Positions 1 to 9,823 are shown, numbered from the stretch's first letter. The stretch: 64,000 nucleotides of DNA from Candidatus Latescibacterota bacterium (GCA_965204725.1 OZ242005.1:1888001-1952000), one strand, 5' to 3'. A program made the numbers and translations. The notes: generated by a model not told the origin, from the sequence alone.

Positions 1-1
1 G

Positions 2-193
2 GCGGTAGCCATCGAGATTGGCGCGGAAGTAAATCCCGTCGGCCGCGACCTCGCTGGCCCAAGTGGGCGCGAACTTGGGATGCACGGCAATGCTGTCGTC
101 CCGCGTCTTAAACGAGGTCAACAAGAGCCAGACTAGCGGCAGCATGGCCACCGCGAAGTACCCCCCGACCAAGGCGATGCGCAGCGCCTTCAC
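2..193 (-). CDS. Carbohydrate ABC transporter permease (5' part; runs off window edge)
   Basis: GTG at 193-191 overlaps the TGA of the upstream permease; reads MKALRIALVGGYFAVAMLPLVWLLLTSFK, a typical MalG-like N-terminus. Confidence 0.8.
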   Translation of the reverse strand, partial: MKALRIALVGGYFAVAMLPLVWLLLTSFKTRDDSIAVHPKFAPTWASEVAADGIYFRANLDGYR

Positions 194-1053
194 GAAGCCC
201 TCGCCTCCTCGCGCCGCTGCACCGCGCTCAAGTAGCGCACAAACGCGCTGGCCAGCGCGATCACCAGCACCAGCACCACATACGAATACGCCGCGCCCAA
301 CCCCACCTTGCCGTCGCGGAACACCACCTGATAGAGCAGCGCACTCACCGTTTGCGTTGCGGGGTCGTTGGGGCCGGTGATCGCCATGACCAAATCGAAC
401 TGCTTGAGCGCGTCCGTGGCCCTCAGCAGCACGGCCAAGCCCAAAAGCGGCGCACACAACGGCAGGGTAATCCGGCGAAAGACCTTCCACCGCGAGGCCC
501 GGTCTATGGCCGCGGCCTCGTACAGGTAGCTGGGGATGGCGTTGAGTGCCGCCAGCGCGATCAGCATCATAAACGGCGTCCACATCCACACGTCAACCAG
601 CAAAATCGACAGGAGCTTGAGGTCGGGGTCGGTAATCCACTGGGGTTGGCCCAGCCCCAGTGCGGCGAGGCATTGGTTGAGGATGCCGTAGTGCCCGTTG
701 AGCACCAACTTCCAAAAGAGCGCGATCACGGCCGGCGGCAACATCATCGGCACCAAAAGCGCGGTCAGGGCAACCGCCCGGCCGCGGAAGCGATCTTTGA
801 GCGCCAGCGCCAAGGCAAAGCCCAAGACCAGTTCGGCGGTCACGGCCGTGCAGACAAAGAGCGCGGTCGTCCGCAACGCGGCCCCGTATTGGGCAAACTT
901 GAACGCCACCGCGTAGTTGAGCCCCCCCACGAATTTCCACGTCCCGCCGACCAAGTCCACATTGGTGAAGCTGAGTGCGATGCTGTACAGCAGTGGGAAG
1001 ACATTCACGCCAATGAGCAAGACGAGGGCCGGCCCCACAAACGCATAGCCCAT
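190..1053 (-). CDS. Sugar ABC transporter permease (MalF-like)
   Basis: Multiple TM segments; EAA loop YEAAAIDRASRWKVFRRITLP. Confidence 0.92.
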   Translation of the reverse strand: MGYAFVGPALVLLIGVNVFPLLYSIALSFTNVDLVGGTWKFVGGLNYAVAFKFAQYGAALRTTALFVCTAVTAELVLGFALALALKDRFRGRAVALTALLVPMMLPPAVIALFWKLVLNGHYGILNQCLAALGLGQPQWITDPDLKLLSILLVDVWMWTPFMMLIALAALNAIPSYLYEAAAIDRASRWKVFRRITLPLCAPLLGLAVLLRATDALKQFDLVMAITGPNDPATQTVSALLYQVVFRDGKVGLGAAYSYVVLVLVIALASAFVRYLSAVQRREEARAS

Positions 1054-1060
1054 TCCCGTT

Positions 1061-2365
1061 CTACTCCATCTTTAGCAAGCCCGCTTCCAGCAGAATCATC
1101 TCGTGCTCAGCGGCCAGCGCGGCGAGGGCCTCGGCGCTCGCGCTCGTTCCGTCGAGGGCCGCGCCCAAGTGGCGCACGGCCGCGGCCAACAGCTCGTTGT
1201 ACACCGGCACGTTCCAAAAGTCCTGCAAATAATCCAGCGATGCGGCGAACGCGGCGTTGTACGGCGCGGCCACGGCAAATTCCGCGCTCGCCAGCAACTC
1301 GGTATTGGCCGTGAACGAGCCGGGATAGGCTATCCACTTCTTCTGAATGGCGGTCTGGGAAAACCACGCGATAAACTGCTTGGCCCATTCCTGCTTTTGC
1401 GGCGCGGTCTTAGTTGAAATGCTAAACCCCTGCCCGCCCAGAGAGATGACGCGCTTGTCCGCGTGGCGCGGAACCTTGAAGAAGCCAGCTTGGTCGCCCA
1501 TGCTGGCGACGATGCCCGGGTAGAACGGAAAGTAGTCCAACACCATGGCCGTAGAGCCGTTGGAGAAGGCCTCCAAGTTAAAGAAGTAATCGGCGTTTGT
1601 GCCGCCTGCGGGCGCGAATTGCAGCAGGGACTTGAAAAACTCCAGCCCGGCCACGGCCCCCTCTGTGTTGAGGTGGCCCTGCACCTTGTAGCTTTGCGGG
1701 TCGCCCCAAGCGCCGCCCCAAGCCCAGAGAAAGGGCTGAAAGCCCATGACGATGGAGTCGTACCCCCGGCCGGTCAGCAGCGAGCAGCCATAGCGCTTTT
1801 GTTCCGGGCGGTGGAAAAACTCGGCTAGATCGCGGAATTCCTCCCACGTATCGGGCGGGACCAGCGGCCGGCCGTAGCGGGCGGCAAACGCCTCCTGCTC
1901 GCCCGGGTCGCTAAACCAGTCGCGGCGATAGACAAAGCCAATGGCATCCGTCTGACAGGGCGCGGCGAAAAACCGACCGCTGCCCGGGGGGTATTCGCAC
2001 AAATAGCGCGCGGCCCGCGGATGGATCGCGCCCAAGTCAACGGCCTCGGGCAGCCAATCGGTCAGTTCCAGATACAGCCCCTTGGTCGCGCCGCGCCCGA
2101 TCCATTGGCTGTCGCCCACGACGATGTCGAAGTCGGTCTGCTTGTTGCCAAAGTTGAGAAAGACTTGGTCCTGATACGCCGGCCAAGGAATTTGGTACAC
2201 CTCAACGGCAATCCCGGTCTCTTGGGCGAACTCGTCGCCCAGCGCTTGCAGGGCCGCAGCCGGATCCCACTGCGCCCACCAGATGGTGATCTTTTTGTCT
2301 TCAGCGCGTCCTGCTTGCACCGCGAATAGCAGAGCCGCAGCCAGCCCGATCATCCACATTCTCAT
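1061..2365 (-). CDS. Sugar ABC transporter extracellular solute-binding protein
   Basis: Signal peptide; family-1 SBP features (FAQETGIAV, PPDTWEEF, SLGGQG); operon with permeases; GGAG RBS. Confidence 0.9.
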   Translation of the reverse strand: MRMWMIGLAAALLFAVQAGRAEDKKITIWWAQWDPAAALQALGDEFAQETGIAVEVYQIPWPAYQDQVFLNFGNKQTDFDIVVGDSQWIGRGATKGLYLELTDWLPEAVDLGAIHPRAARYLCEYPPGSGRFFAAPCQTDAIGFVYRRDWFSDPGEQEAFAARYGRPLVPPDTWEEFRDLAEFFHRPEQKRYGCSLLTGRGYDSIVMGFQPFLWAWGGAWGDPQSYKVQGHLNTEGAVAGLEFFKSLLQFAPAGGTNADYFFNLEAFSNGSTAMVLDYFPFYPGIVASMGDQAGFFKVPRHADKRVISLGGQGFSISTKTAPQKQEWAKQFIAWFSQTAIQKKWIAYPGSFTANTELLASAEFAVAAPYNAAFAASLDYLQDFWNVPVYNELLAAAVRHLGAALDGTSASAEALAALAAEHEMILLEAGLLKME

Positions 2366-2413
2366 AGTCTCCTCCTTATAAGCATTTTTAACGTCGGTTT
2401 GAATTCGGTGCGC

Positions 2414-3109
2414 CTAGCATCCCTCGTTCTCGGCGGCGTTCAGCTTGTCTAGCACCTGCCACTTTTGCCGCTGGCGGCTTTCGGCCGAGTCAAAGACCTC
2501 GCGGATGAAGTGGTCTCGGCTTTTGCCGCCGGCCAGTTCGGCTAGGCGGTTTTGCAAGTCGTCGTGCGAGGGGTCGCGGCCCAGTGCCGCGCGATAGACC
2601 CCGCACACGAAATCCGCTTCGGCCGCTTCGTCGAGCAAGTCTTGGGCCTCGTAGGCAAAGGCCCTGAGCGTATGAGCTAAAGAGGCGGCCAACCAAGCCT
2701 TGTGCTCGGCCAACGGCCCCAACGTGGCGTACAACTCGGCGCACAACTCGGCATCGCCCGCCCCCTGCTGAGCCTCTTCTACTGGTTTGCCCTCAGACCA
2801 CGCTTGCAGGGTTTGGATATAGGTCTTGGCCCGATCTCGACGCCGGTCGTCCACTTCCCAAGCCCGCGTGAGCACATCCACAGCCGGCCGGCCGGGATAG
2901 GTGCCCTCGCCGATGGCGCGGGCGAGCAGGTTGAGGTTGTCAAAGGCTCGGTAGTGCGTCAGCGAGTCGAAGCGTGCGATGAGGGCGCGGATGTGGCGCA
3001 CCGCGTCGGGCAGCTCCTCCAGCGGCGCGACCCGGGCGTCAATGCGCTGCATGGCTTCGTCGGGTTCGTCGCCGTGGTGCAGAATATTGCGCCAGTGGGA
3101 AGGGGGCAT
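2414..3109 (-). CDS. Hypothetical protein with C-terminal DUF4214-like domain
   Basis: FVCGVYRAALGRDPS...SRDHFIREVFDSAE matches the DUF4214 pattern; AGGAG RBS. Confidence 0.65.
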   Translation of the reverse strand: MPPSHWRNILHHGDEPDEAMQRIDARVAPLEELPDAVRHIRALIARFDSLTHYRAFDNLNLLARAIGEGTYPGRPAVDVLTRAWEVDDRRRDRAKTYIQTLQAWSEGKPVEEAQQGAGDAELCAELYATLGPLAEHKAWLAASLAHTLRAFAYEAQDLLDEAAEADFVCGVYRAALGRDPSHDDLQNRLAELAGGKSRDHFIREVFDSAESRQRQKWQVLDKLNAAENEGC

Positions 3110-3171
3110 CTGTTTCTCCTATTGGGTTGGGGCTTCGGGATATTCACGAATATAGCCGTTCTACATCCTTC

Positions 3172-3232
3172 ATAAGGGATGTTCTGCATGGCGTGTTGGG
3201 TATGAGATACTTCGCTGCGCTCAGTATGACAA
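3172..3232. repeat. REP-like repeat family B (GTCATACTGAGCGxAGCGAAGTATCT core)
   Basis: Near-identical copies at 42204-42263 and 42586-42618 (opposite orientation) and 47475-47525 (same orientation). Confidence 0.85.
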
Positions 3233-3389
3233 GGGCTGGAAGACGAAGCCCTCGTCTGTGTGACTTTTTCTAGACAAAAAGACGCTGGTCAATCTATGCC
3301 CTTGAGGAGGGCGAGGGCAAGCCGCCTTGAGCGAGAAGAGGCCGCCCGCTATAATACCCTGCCAACCCAGCAAGCCAAAAAGGAGCACC

Positions 3390-4535
3390 ATGGCCCCACT
3401 CTACGATGTCCTACTCAAAAACGGGCACCTCATCGACCCCAAAAACAACGTGGACGGCCCGGCCGACCTCGCCGTCAAAGACGGCAAAATCGCCGCCGTG
3501 GGGCCGCAGTTGCCCGGCACCGCGACCCGAGAAGCCGAGGTCGCCGGCCTCTATATAACCCCCGGGCTCATCGACATCCACCTGCACGTGTACGGCGGCT
3601 TTGATGCTTGGCTCTTCCCCGACCCGCACACCCTGCCGCACGGCGTCACCACCTGCGTCGATACGGGCGGCGCGGGGTACAGGGATTTTGCGGATTTCAA
3701 AGAGACCATCATCGACCCGTCCATCACCCGCGTCCTCGCCTTTGTCAACATCGTCGGGGCCGGCATGACCGGCCCGCCCGAGCAAGACACCACCGATATG
3801 GACCCCATCCCCTGCGCCGCAGCCGTTGAGCGCTACCCCGAGCACATCGTCGGGGTCAAGTCGGCCCATTTTGGCGGCCCGGGCTGGGAATCTACCGGCG
3901 GGGCTATTGAGGCCGCGCGGCGGGCGGGCAGCCTAGTCATGGTCGATTTCTCGCCCAAGCCCACCCGCACGTACCCCGAGCTGCTCGCCCGCTACAGCCC
4001 CGGCGACATCCACACCCACTGCTACTCCCGACGCACGCCCATGCTCGACAGCGACGACCGCGTCTTCGACTTTGTCTGGCAGGCGCGGGAGCGCGGCGTG
4101 ATTTTCGATCTGGGTCACGGCAACGCCTCCTTCCGCTTCCACATTGCCGCACCGGCCATGGCCCAAGGCTTCCCGCCCGATACCATCAGCACCGACCTGC
4201 ACCGCCGCAGCCGCCTGCTGCCCAACGCCACCATGAACATCACCATGTCGAAAATGCTGGCCCTCGGCATGCCGCTGCAAGAGGTCATCTACCGCTCGAC
4301 CCAGCGCCCGGCCGAAGTCATCCGTCGGCCCGAACTGGGGCACCTGAGCGTAGGGGCTGAAGCCGATGTAGCGGTGCTGGCCGTCCACGAAGGCCGCTTC
4401 GGCTTTGTCGATGCCACCCGCAGCACCCTGCAAGGCCGCCAAAAAATAGAGGGCCGCATGACCCTGCGAGCCGGCGAAATCGTCTGGGATCAGGACGGTT
4501 TGAGCTTGCCGTCTTGGGAGGAAGGGGCGCGCTAG
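3390..4535 (+). CDS. Amidohydrolase/deacetylase family metallohydrolase (dihydroorotase-like)
   Basis: PGLIDIHLH metal motif, GVTTCVDTG, ISTDLH, GAEADVAV; AGGAG RBS before ATG 3390. Confidence 0.9.
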   Translation: MAPLYDVLLKNGHLIDPKNNVDGPADLAVKDGKIAAVGPQLPGTATREAEVAGLYITPGLIDIHLHVYGGFDAWLFPDPHTLPHGVTTCVDTGGAGYRDFADFKETIIDPSITRVLAFVNIVGAGMTGPPEQDTTDMDPIPCAAAVERYPEHIVGVKSAHFGGPGWESTGGAIEAARRAGSLVMVDFSPKPTRTYPELLARYSPGDIHTHCYSRRTPMLDSDDRVFDFVWQARERGVIFDLGHGNASFRFHIAAPAMAQGFPPDTISTDLHRRSRLLPNATMNITMSKMLALGMPLQEVIYRSTQRPAEVIRRPELGHLSVGAEADVAVLAVHEGRFGFVDATRSTLQGRQKIEGRMTLRAGEIVWDQDGLSLPSWEEGAR

Positions 4536-4567
4536 GCACTCCCCACTTTCCGCCTCCTACCAACCTC

Positions 4568-6529
4568 ATGTCGCGCCTCGGAATTCGCTGGGTAGTTCTC
4601 TACTTCCTGTCCATTCTCGTGCCAGCGGCCTTGCTCGCTTTTTTGGGTGTGCGCTCGCTACGCGATGTCCGCGACAGCGTGAGCCGGGAACTGCGCTCCA
4701 AGGCGGTGCTGGTGCAGGACGTCTTCGACCGCTTGATCAACAGCCGCGCCCAACTCCTAGCCGCATTTATTGCAGAGGGCGGCATGGACCCGCGCCGGTA
4801 CGCGGGTTTTTCCGAGATTGAGCAAATTTTCGCCGTCGGTCCCACCGGGGTGCTGCGCCATCCGGCGGTGCGGCCCTTGCGCTTGCAGACGCCCCAACCG
4901 GCCTTCGTCGCGCAGATGAAGCAGGCCGAGCAGCACGAGTTCGGCCTGCAAGACTGGGCCGGCGGCGCCGAAGGCTACCACCAAGCCTACGAGGCCGCGA
5001 CCAGTCCTGCAGAAGAAGCCGAAGCCCTCAATGCCCTCGCTCGCTGCGCCCATAAAGGGCAGGACGCGGCCACAGTCGCGGCGGTCCACCAGAGGCTGGT
5101 GGCGGACTACGGCCCGGTCTTTGACGCCGATGGAGCGCATCCCGTTACCCTGAGCCATTTGCGCTTGGGACGCCATGCCGCGCCCGTAGAGGCCCAAGCC
5201 AGCCTGATGGCGTGGGCGCAAGCGCTGCTCGAAGGCCGCTATCCCCTCTACCCCGGCTGCCAACAAGCCCTGCAAGAGGCCCGCGCATTGGCCCAAGGTC
5301 GGCTAGCGGCCATGGCAGACCGTCCCGTCCTGCTAGAGCGTTTGGCCCAAGTCAAGCAAGCCATTGATTTTGCGACGCGCTTCGGCGCGGTAGTGGAAGA
5401 CCAATGGGATGCGGCGCGGGAGCAGGGCTACCTGTCGGGCGTGGATGCCGACGGGACGAGTTTTCTGCTGTACTTGAGCGCGACCGCAGAAGGCGGCGCG
5501 GTGGGCATTCTATTCGACTGGAACGCGCTGACGGCTCTGGTGCAGGAGCAGGTGCCGCTGGCCGAGCGGGGTTTTGCCCTCGCCCTGTTCGACGCCGACG
5601 CCGAGGCCGCCTTTGTCGCCGCGCAACGGGAGGCCATCTACCAGACCGGGCCGGCCAGCCGCTGGATGGACCGGGTGCGGCTGGGGCTTTGGGCGACCGA
5701 TACTTCGGCCGCCACCGGATACTACCGCACGCGCAACTGGCTGGTGGGCGGCGGCATCTTTGCCTTGGCCGTATCCGTAGTCCTCGGGGGATTTATGATC
5801 CTGCGGGATGCTGGGCGCGAGGTGCAGGTGGCCCGCCTGCGCTCCGAATTTGTCGCCAATGTCTCGCACGAGTTGCGCACCCCGCTCACGTCCATTCGCA
5901 TGTACGCCGAGACCCTGCTCATGGGCCGCTACCAATCGACCGAGCAGATGCGGGCCTATCTGACCACCCTCTTGCACGAGAGCCGGCGGCTGTCGCACTT
6001 GGTGGATAACGTGCTCGACTTCGCCCGCATTGAGCGAGGCGACCGGACCTACCAGCGCCAACCCTGCGACCTAGGGGGGGCGGCCCGGGCCGCGCTGGAA
6101 ACCTTTGGCGGGGTATTGGCCGCAGAGGGCTTTGCGGTAGAGCAAGCCGTGGCCGAGGCCCTGCCTCCGGTGCTGGCCGACTCAGAGGCCGTGGAAGGGG
6201 CGGTGGCCAATATGCTAGGCAACGCCGTCAAGTACTCGGCCCAGCACAAGGCCATCCGCCTAGCCGTCAACCAGCGCGGGGCCGAGGTGGTGATTGAGGT
6301 GGCCGACCGCGGCATCGGCCTCCCCGCGGGCGAAGAGGAGCGCGTCTTTGAGCAATTCCACCGCGGCGTCAACGCGGCCAGCACAGCGGGCACTGGGCTG
6401 GGCTTGTCCCTAGTCAAAAACGTGGTCGAGGCGCATGGGGGCCGAGTGGAAGCCGCCAATCGGCCGGGCGGCGGCAGTGTCTTTCGTCTGTACTTCCCGG
6501 TTCACACCGAGGACCAAGCGCATGCCTAG
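4568..6529 (+). CDS. Sensor histidine kinase with large TPR-like extracytoplasmic domain
   Basis: Two TM segments; H-box VSHELRTPL, N-box NAVKYS, G-boxes DRGIG and GTGLGL. Confidence 0.93.
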   Translation: MSRLGIRWVVLYFLSILVPAALLAFLGVRSLRDVRDSVSRELRSKAVLVQDVFDRLINSRAQLLAAFIAEGGMDPRRYAGFSEIEQIFAVGPTGVLRHPAVRPLRLQTPQPAFVAQMKQAEQHEFGLQDWAGGAEGYHQAYEAATSPAEEAEALNALARCAHKGQDAATVAAVHQRLVADYGPVFDADGAHPVTLSHLRLGRHAAPVEAQASLMAWAQALLEGRYPLYPGCQQALQEARALAQGRLAAMADRPVLLERLAQVKQAIDFATRFGAVVEDQWDAAREQGYLSGVDADGTSFLLYLSATAEGGAVGILFDWNALTALVQEQVPLAERGFALALFDADAEAAFVAAQREAIYQTGPASRWMDRVRLGLWATDTSAATGYYRTRNWLVGGGIFALAVSVVLGGFMILRDAGREVQVARLRSEFVANVSHELRTPLTSIRMYAETLLMGRYQSTEQMRAYLTTLLHESRRLSHLVDNVLDFARIERGDRTYQRQPCDLGGAARAALETFGGVLAAEGFAVEQAVAEALPPVLADSEAVEGAVANMLGNAVKYSAQHKAIRLAVNQRGAEVVIEVADRGIGLPAGEEERVFEQFHRGVNAASTAGTGLGLSLVKNVVEAHGGRVEAANRPGGGSVFRLYFPVHTEDQAHA

Positions 6530-7202
6530 AATTTTAGTGGTCGAGGACGAAGCGACCATTGCCCGGATCCTGCTCGATAACCTGATCTTTGAAGGCTATG
6601 AGGCCGAGGCGGTCGCCGATGGCGCGGACGGACTGGAGCGGGCCTTGGCTTGGCGGCCAGACCTGATTCTGCTCGATGTGGTGCTGCCCACGATGGATGG
6701 GTACGAAGTGTGCCGTCGGCTGCGCGCCCAAGGGGCGGCCACGCCTATCATCATGCTCACGGCGCGGGGCGAGGAGGTGGACAAAGTCTTGGGCTTGGAG
6801 TTGGGCGCCGACGACTACGTCACCAAGCCGGTGGGCGTCCGCGAACTCATGGCCCGAGTTAAAGCGGTGTTGCGGCGGGGCGAGTCGGCTCCGGCCGCGA
6901 GCGCGGTGCTGGCGTTTGGCAAGGCGCGAATCGACTTCGACCGCTACGAGGCGTCCGTGGAGGGCCGGGCCGTGCATCTGTCCCCCAAGGCTTTTGGCGT
7001 GTTGCGCCTCCTGTGGGAAAGCCGGGGCCGCGCCCTGACCCGCGCCCAGATCTTAGAGCAGGTGTGGGGCTACGAAGTGTACCCCACCACGCGCACGGTG
7101 GACAACCACATCGCCGAATTGCGCCACCACTTGGAAGCCGACCCAGCCCAGCCGCGCCACATCCTCACAGTACACGGAGTGGGATACCGCTTTGTGGAGT
7201 AA
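6522..7202 (+). CDS. OmpR/PhoB-family response regulator
   Basis: ILVVEDE, LLDVVLP, GADDYVTKP, winged helix RTVDNHI...TVHGVGYRF. Confidence 0.95.
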   Translation: MPRILVVEDEATIARILLDNLIFEGYEAEAVADGADGLERALAWRPDLILLDVVLPTMDGYEVCRRLRAQGAATPIIMLTARGEEVDKVLGLELGADDYVTKPVGVRELMARVKAVLRRGESAPAASAVLAFGKARIDFDRYEASVEGRAVHLSPKAFGVLRLLWESRGRALTRAQILEQVWGYEVYPTTRTVDNHIAELRHHLEADPAQPRHILTVHGVGYRFVE

Positions 7203-7233
7203 CGGCAAGCCGGGACGCGAGGAGCGCGAGACC

Positions 7234-7482
7234 ATGAAGAAAGCTAAGTGCAACTTCTGCGAAAGCGAGCACTGCGAAGATCGGCGCATCGACTACCTTT
7301 ACAGTCACCAAGGCCGATACCTGTTGGTGCCCAACACCCCGGTCGAAATCTGCTCTCAGTGTGGCATGGTGTATTACGATGCGACCGTGCTCAAGGAAAT
7401 CGAACGGTGCTTTTTCGCCATTCAAAACAAAAAAGAAGAACCCGATCAGTATATCGAGATGCCGACTAAATCGTATATGTGA
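7234..7482 (+). CDS. YgiT-type zinc finger protein (MqsA N-terminal-like)
   Basis: CxxC...VPNTPVEICxxCGMVYYD pattern; GGAG RBS. Confidence 0.8.
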   Translation: MKKAKCNFCESEHCEDRRIDYLYSHQGRYLLVPNTPVEICSQCGMVYYDATVLKEIERCFFAIQNKKEEPDQYIEMPTKSYM

Positions 7483-7502
7483 GATGCCTTTTGGAAATCT
7501 CA

Positions 7503-7637
7503 GAAGCTGTCTGAAAACTCTGGTAGTCGTCCCTTGCGTCTAAACGATACCGGCTGGATTCCCGCTTTCGCGGGAATGACGGATCCTGTCTCTACGGCTT
7601 GTTCAACAAGACCCAAGGTGGGTTTTCAGACAGCCTC
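7503..7637. mobile_element. 135 bp MITE, IS5-family-like ends, internal palindrome
   Basis: 16 bp TIR GAAGCTGTCTGAAAAC / GTTTTCAGACAGCCTC (1 mismatch); TCA duplicated at 7500-7502 and 7638-7640; internal ATTCCCGCTTTCGCGGGAAT. Confidence 0.8.
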
Positions 7638-7669
7638 TCAGGTACGAAAGTACAACCTTTTTGCACGTC

Positions 7670-7691
7670 CATGACAAAACCATGACAACTC
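7670..7691 (+). promoter_or_regulatory. Candidate OmpR/PhoB-type direct-repeat operator
   Basis: CATGACAAAAC-CATGACAACTC, 11 bp period (TGTCAT on minus strand), upstream of 7764 and near the OmpR-family regulator. Confidence 0.5.
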
Positions 7692-7763
7692 GGGCTGCGC
7701 CGCTGTGTAGGTTCAAGGTGAGCGTTCAATCGCACATTCACCCGCCTAACAAGGAGGCGCATC

Positions 7764-9578
7764 ATGGAGCGCGTTATAGCGGTCCTCTTGAGTAGCGCGT
7801 TGCTGACCGCCAGCGGCCTACTGGCCAGCAGCGTTGAGGAGACTTATCAGGCGGCCCTCATGCAGGAAAAGGGCGAAGGCGACCTAAAGGAGGCCATACG
7901 CCTCTACCAGCAAGTGATCGAGGCGCACGAGAAGGGCGAAGGCGACGAGAGCTTGGCGGCCCGGGCGCAACTCCGCATCGGGATGTGCCAAGAGAAGATG
8001 GGGCTGGCCCAAGCGCGCCAAACCTACGAAGCGGTACGCGACCAGTACCCCGACCAGTCCCAAGCGAAAGAGGAAGCGACGCAACGCCTAAAATCGGCGC
8101 ACCAGCGCGAGGCGACGATCGAGGAGCCATCCACCCCTTCCCCTAAAGCCGCGGTCCGTGCCTACTCGGGGTTCAGCAACGAGCAGGTGCGCGGACAGTT
8201 GGAAGCCGTCCAGCGACAGCTAAAACTGGTCGAGCAACAACTCAAGAATTTCCAGCAGCAGGGCGTCCGGTCCATCTCGTTCCGAAAGCAGGGCGGCCGA
8301 TCCATCCCGTTCCAGCAGAAGGACATCCGGTACATCCCGAGCTTCTTGTGGCATCTCCGAGCGGATCAGCGCTACTACCACTACGCCAACTCGCCTCCGG
8401 TGGTCCCCTACGCCTATAAAAAGGTGGCGGAGGTGCCCGTGCAGTGGAAATTCCGCCTCAAGGAGGGCGAGCATCCGCAGCAGCCCCGCACCTACGCCGC
8501 CCCGGACTTTGACGATTCGGGCTGGGACGAGATCGACATTGGCCAAGCCTGGGAGGATCAGGACTATGACGACTACGACGAGGGGGCTTGGTATCGCGCC
8601 CGGATTGAGATAGAAGCCGAGGAGGGCTGGCCGGTGCTCATGGCCTTCGGCGGCGTGGATAAGGACGCTTATCTGTACCTCAACGGCCAATGGATCGGCC
8701 AGCACCACCTGTGGAACCAGCCCTTCATTCTCGACATCAGCGACCACGTCGTGCGCGATGGCGAGAACATAGTAGCCCTGTATGTGTACGACGGGATGGG
8801 CATGGGAGGCATCTACGGCCTAATCAATGTCCACCAACCCACGGGCGAGGTGGATACCAATGACTTTGCCGCCAATCGAGGCGGGAATTTGGAGATGGTG
8901 GAGGGCAAGAACGGCTGGCCGGTTTTCAAGGCCCACCTCGCCCGCGGCGAGCCTTACCGCCGCTATGCTCACCGGTCGCCGCACCTTCCCTACGCCTACA
9001 AAAAGGTGGCCGAAGTCCCCGTGCAGTGGAAGTTCAGACCCTACGCGGAAGAGCACCAAGCACACCAAGACGCCACCCTGAGCCGCGTGGATTTCGACGA
9101 CTCGAATTGGGCTACTATCGACATCGGGCGGGCTTGGGAAGATCAGGGCTACGACAACTACGACGAAGGGGCTTGGTATCGCGCCCGGATTGAGGTGAAA
9201 GCCGAGGAGGGCCGGCCGGTGCATCTGGCCTTCGGCGGCGTGGATAACAGCGCCTATGTGTACGTCAACGGCATCTTTGTGGGAGAACATCACGGGTGGA
9301 ACACCCCGTTCATCCTCGATATTAGCGAGGCGGTTGATCGCAAGGGGCCAAACGTGGTTGCTGTGCGGGTGTTCGATGGGTGGAACATGGGCGGCATCTA
9401 CGGCACCGTAGAAGTGATACAGCCCACGAGCGATGAGAACCTCGACCGCTACCTAGCCAACTCGGCCGCAGGTCTCCGCTTCCACCTCCAGCAAAAATTT
9501 GGCGCGTCGGTCGCCGATCCGAGAAGCCGCGACGACTCGGCCAAGAAGAGCTTTTGGAGCCGCTTAAACCCTTTTTAG
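7764..9578 (+). CDS. Secreted TPR-like protein with two GH2-N-type galactose-binding-like domains
   Basis: Signal peptide; TPR-like N-terminus; duplicated WKF...FDDSxW...GAWYR...FGGVD...YxNG...G.H...GGIYG modules 582 nt apart; AAGGAGG RBS. Confidence 0.8.
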   Translation: MERVIAVLLSSALLTASGLLASSVEETYQAALMQEKGEGDLKEAIRLYQQVIEAHEKGEGDESLAARAQLRIGMCQEKMGLAQARQTYEAVRDQYPDQSQAKEEATQRLKSAHQREATIEEPSTPSPKAAVRAYSGFSNEQVRGQLEAVQRQLKLVEQQLKNFQQQGVRSISFRKQGGRSIPFQQKDIRYIPSFLWHLRADQRYYHYANSPPVVPYAYKKVAEVPVQWKFRLKEGEHPQQPRTYAAPDFDDSGWDEIDIGQAWEDQDYDDYDEGAWYRARIEIEAEEGWPVLMAFGGVDKDAYLYLNGQWIGQHHLWNQPFILDISDHVVRDGENIVALYVYDGMGMGGIYGLINVHQPTGEVDTNDFAANRGGNLEMVEGKNGWPVFKAHLARGEPYRRYAHRSPHLPYAYKKVAEVPVQWKFRPYAEEHQAHQDATLSRVDFDDSNWATIDIGRAWEDQGYDNYDEGAWYRARIEVKAEEGRPVHLAFGGVDNSAYVYVNGIFVGEHHGWNTPFILDISEAVDRKGPNVVAVRVFDGWNMGGIYGTVEVIQPTSDENLDRYLANSAAGLRFHLQQKFGASVADPRSRDDSAKKSFWSRLNPF

Positions 9579-9620
9579 TTTAGCACCCAAGCCGGTCACA
9601 GCCGCTGCGGCAGCCTAATC

Positions 9621-9664
9621 CAGCAGGAGCGTCGGAGCCGGCCCGACGCTCCTGCTGCGTTTGT
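9621..9664 (+). terminator. Hairpin, probable intrinsic terminator
   Basis: CAGCAGGAGCGTCGG / CCGACGCTCCTGCTG stem followed by CGTTTGT, downstream of the 9578 stop. Confidence 0.6.
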
Positions 9665-9733
9665 GCAGGCCGACGACGAGGGCTTGTTGCGCTGGCGTGA
9701 AGAGGGCTTCAATGTGCATGGAGCAATCCTAAA

Positions 9734-9814
9734 GAAGCGGTCAGAAAACTCTGGAGGTCGTCCCTTGGATCTAAACGATACCGGCTGGATTCCCGCTTTC
9801 GCGGGAATGACGGA
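9734..9814. repeat. Truncated second copy of the 7503 MITE
   Basis: Colinear with 7503-7583 (left TIR variant, CTAAACGATACCGGCTGGATTCCCGCTTTCGCGGGAATGACGGA); right end missing. Confidence 0.8.
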
Positions 9815-9823
9815 ACCTTAGGC

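Noticed and set aside
352-1314. Long antisense or alternate-frame ORFs here and elsewhere (e.g. 9875-10744, 13474-14400, 18817-19926)
   Set aside because: Expected in GC-rich DNA; they overlap well-supported genes and lack motifs
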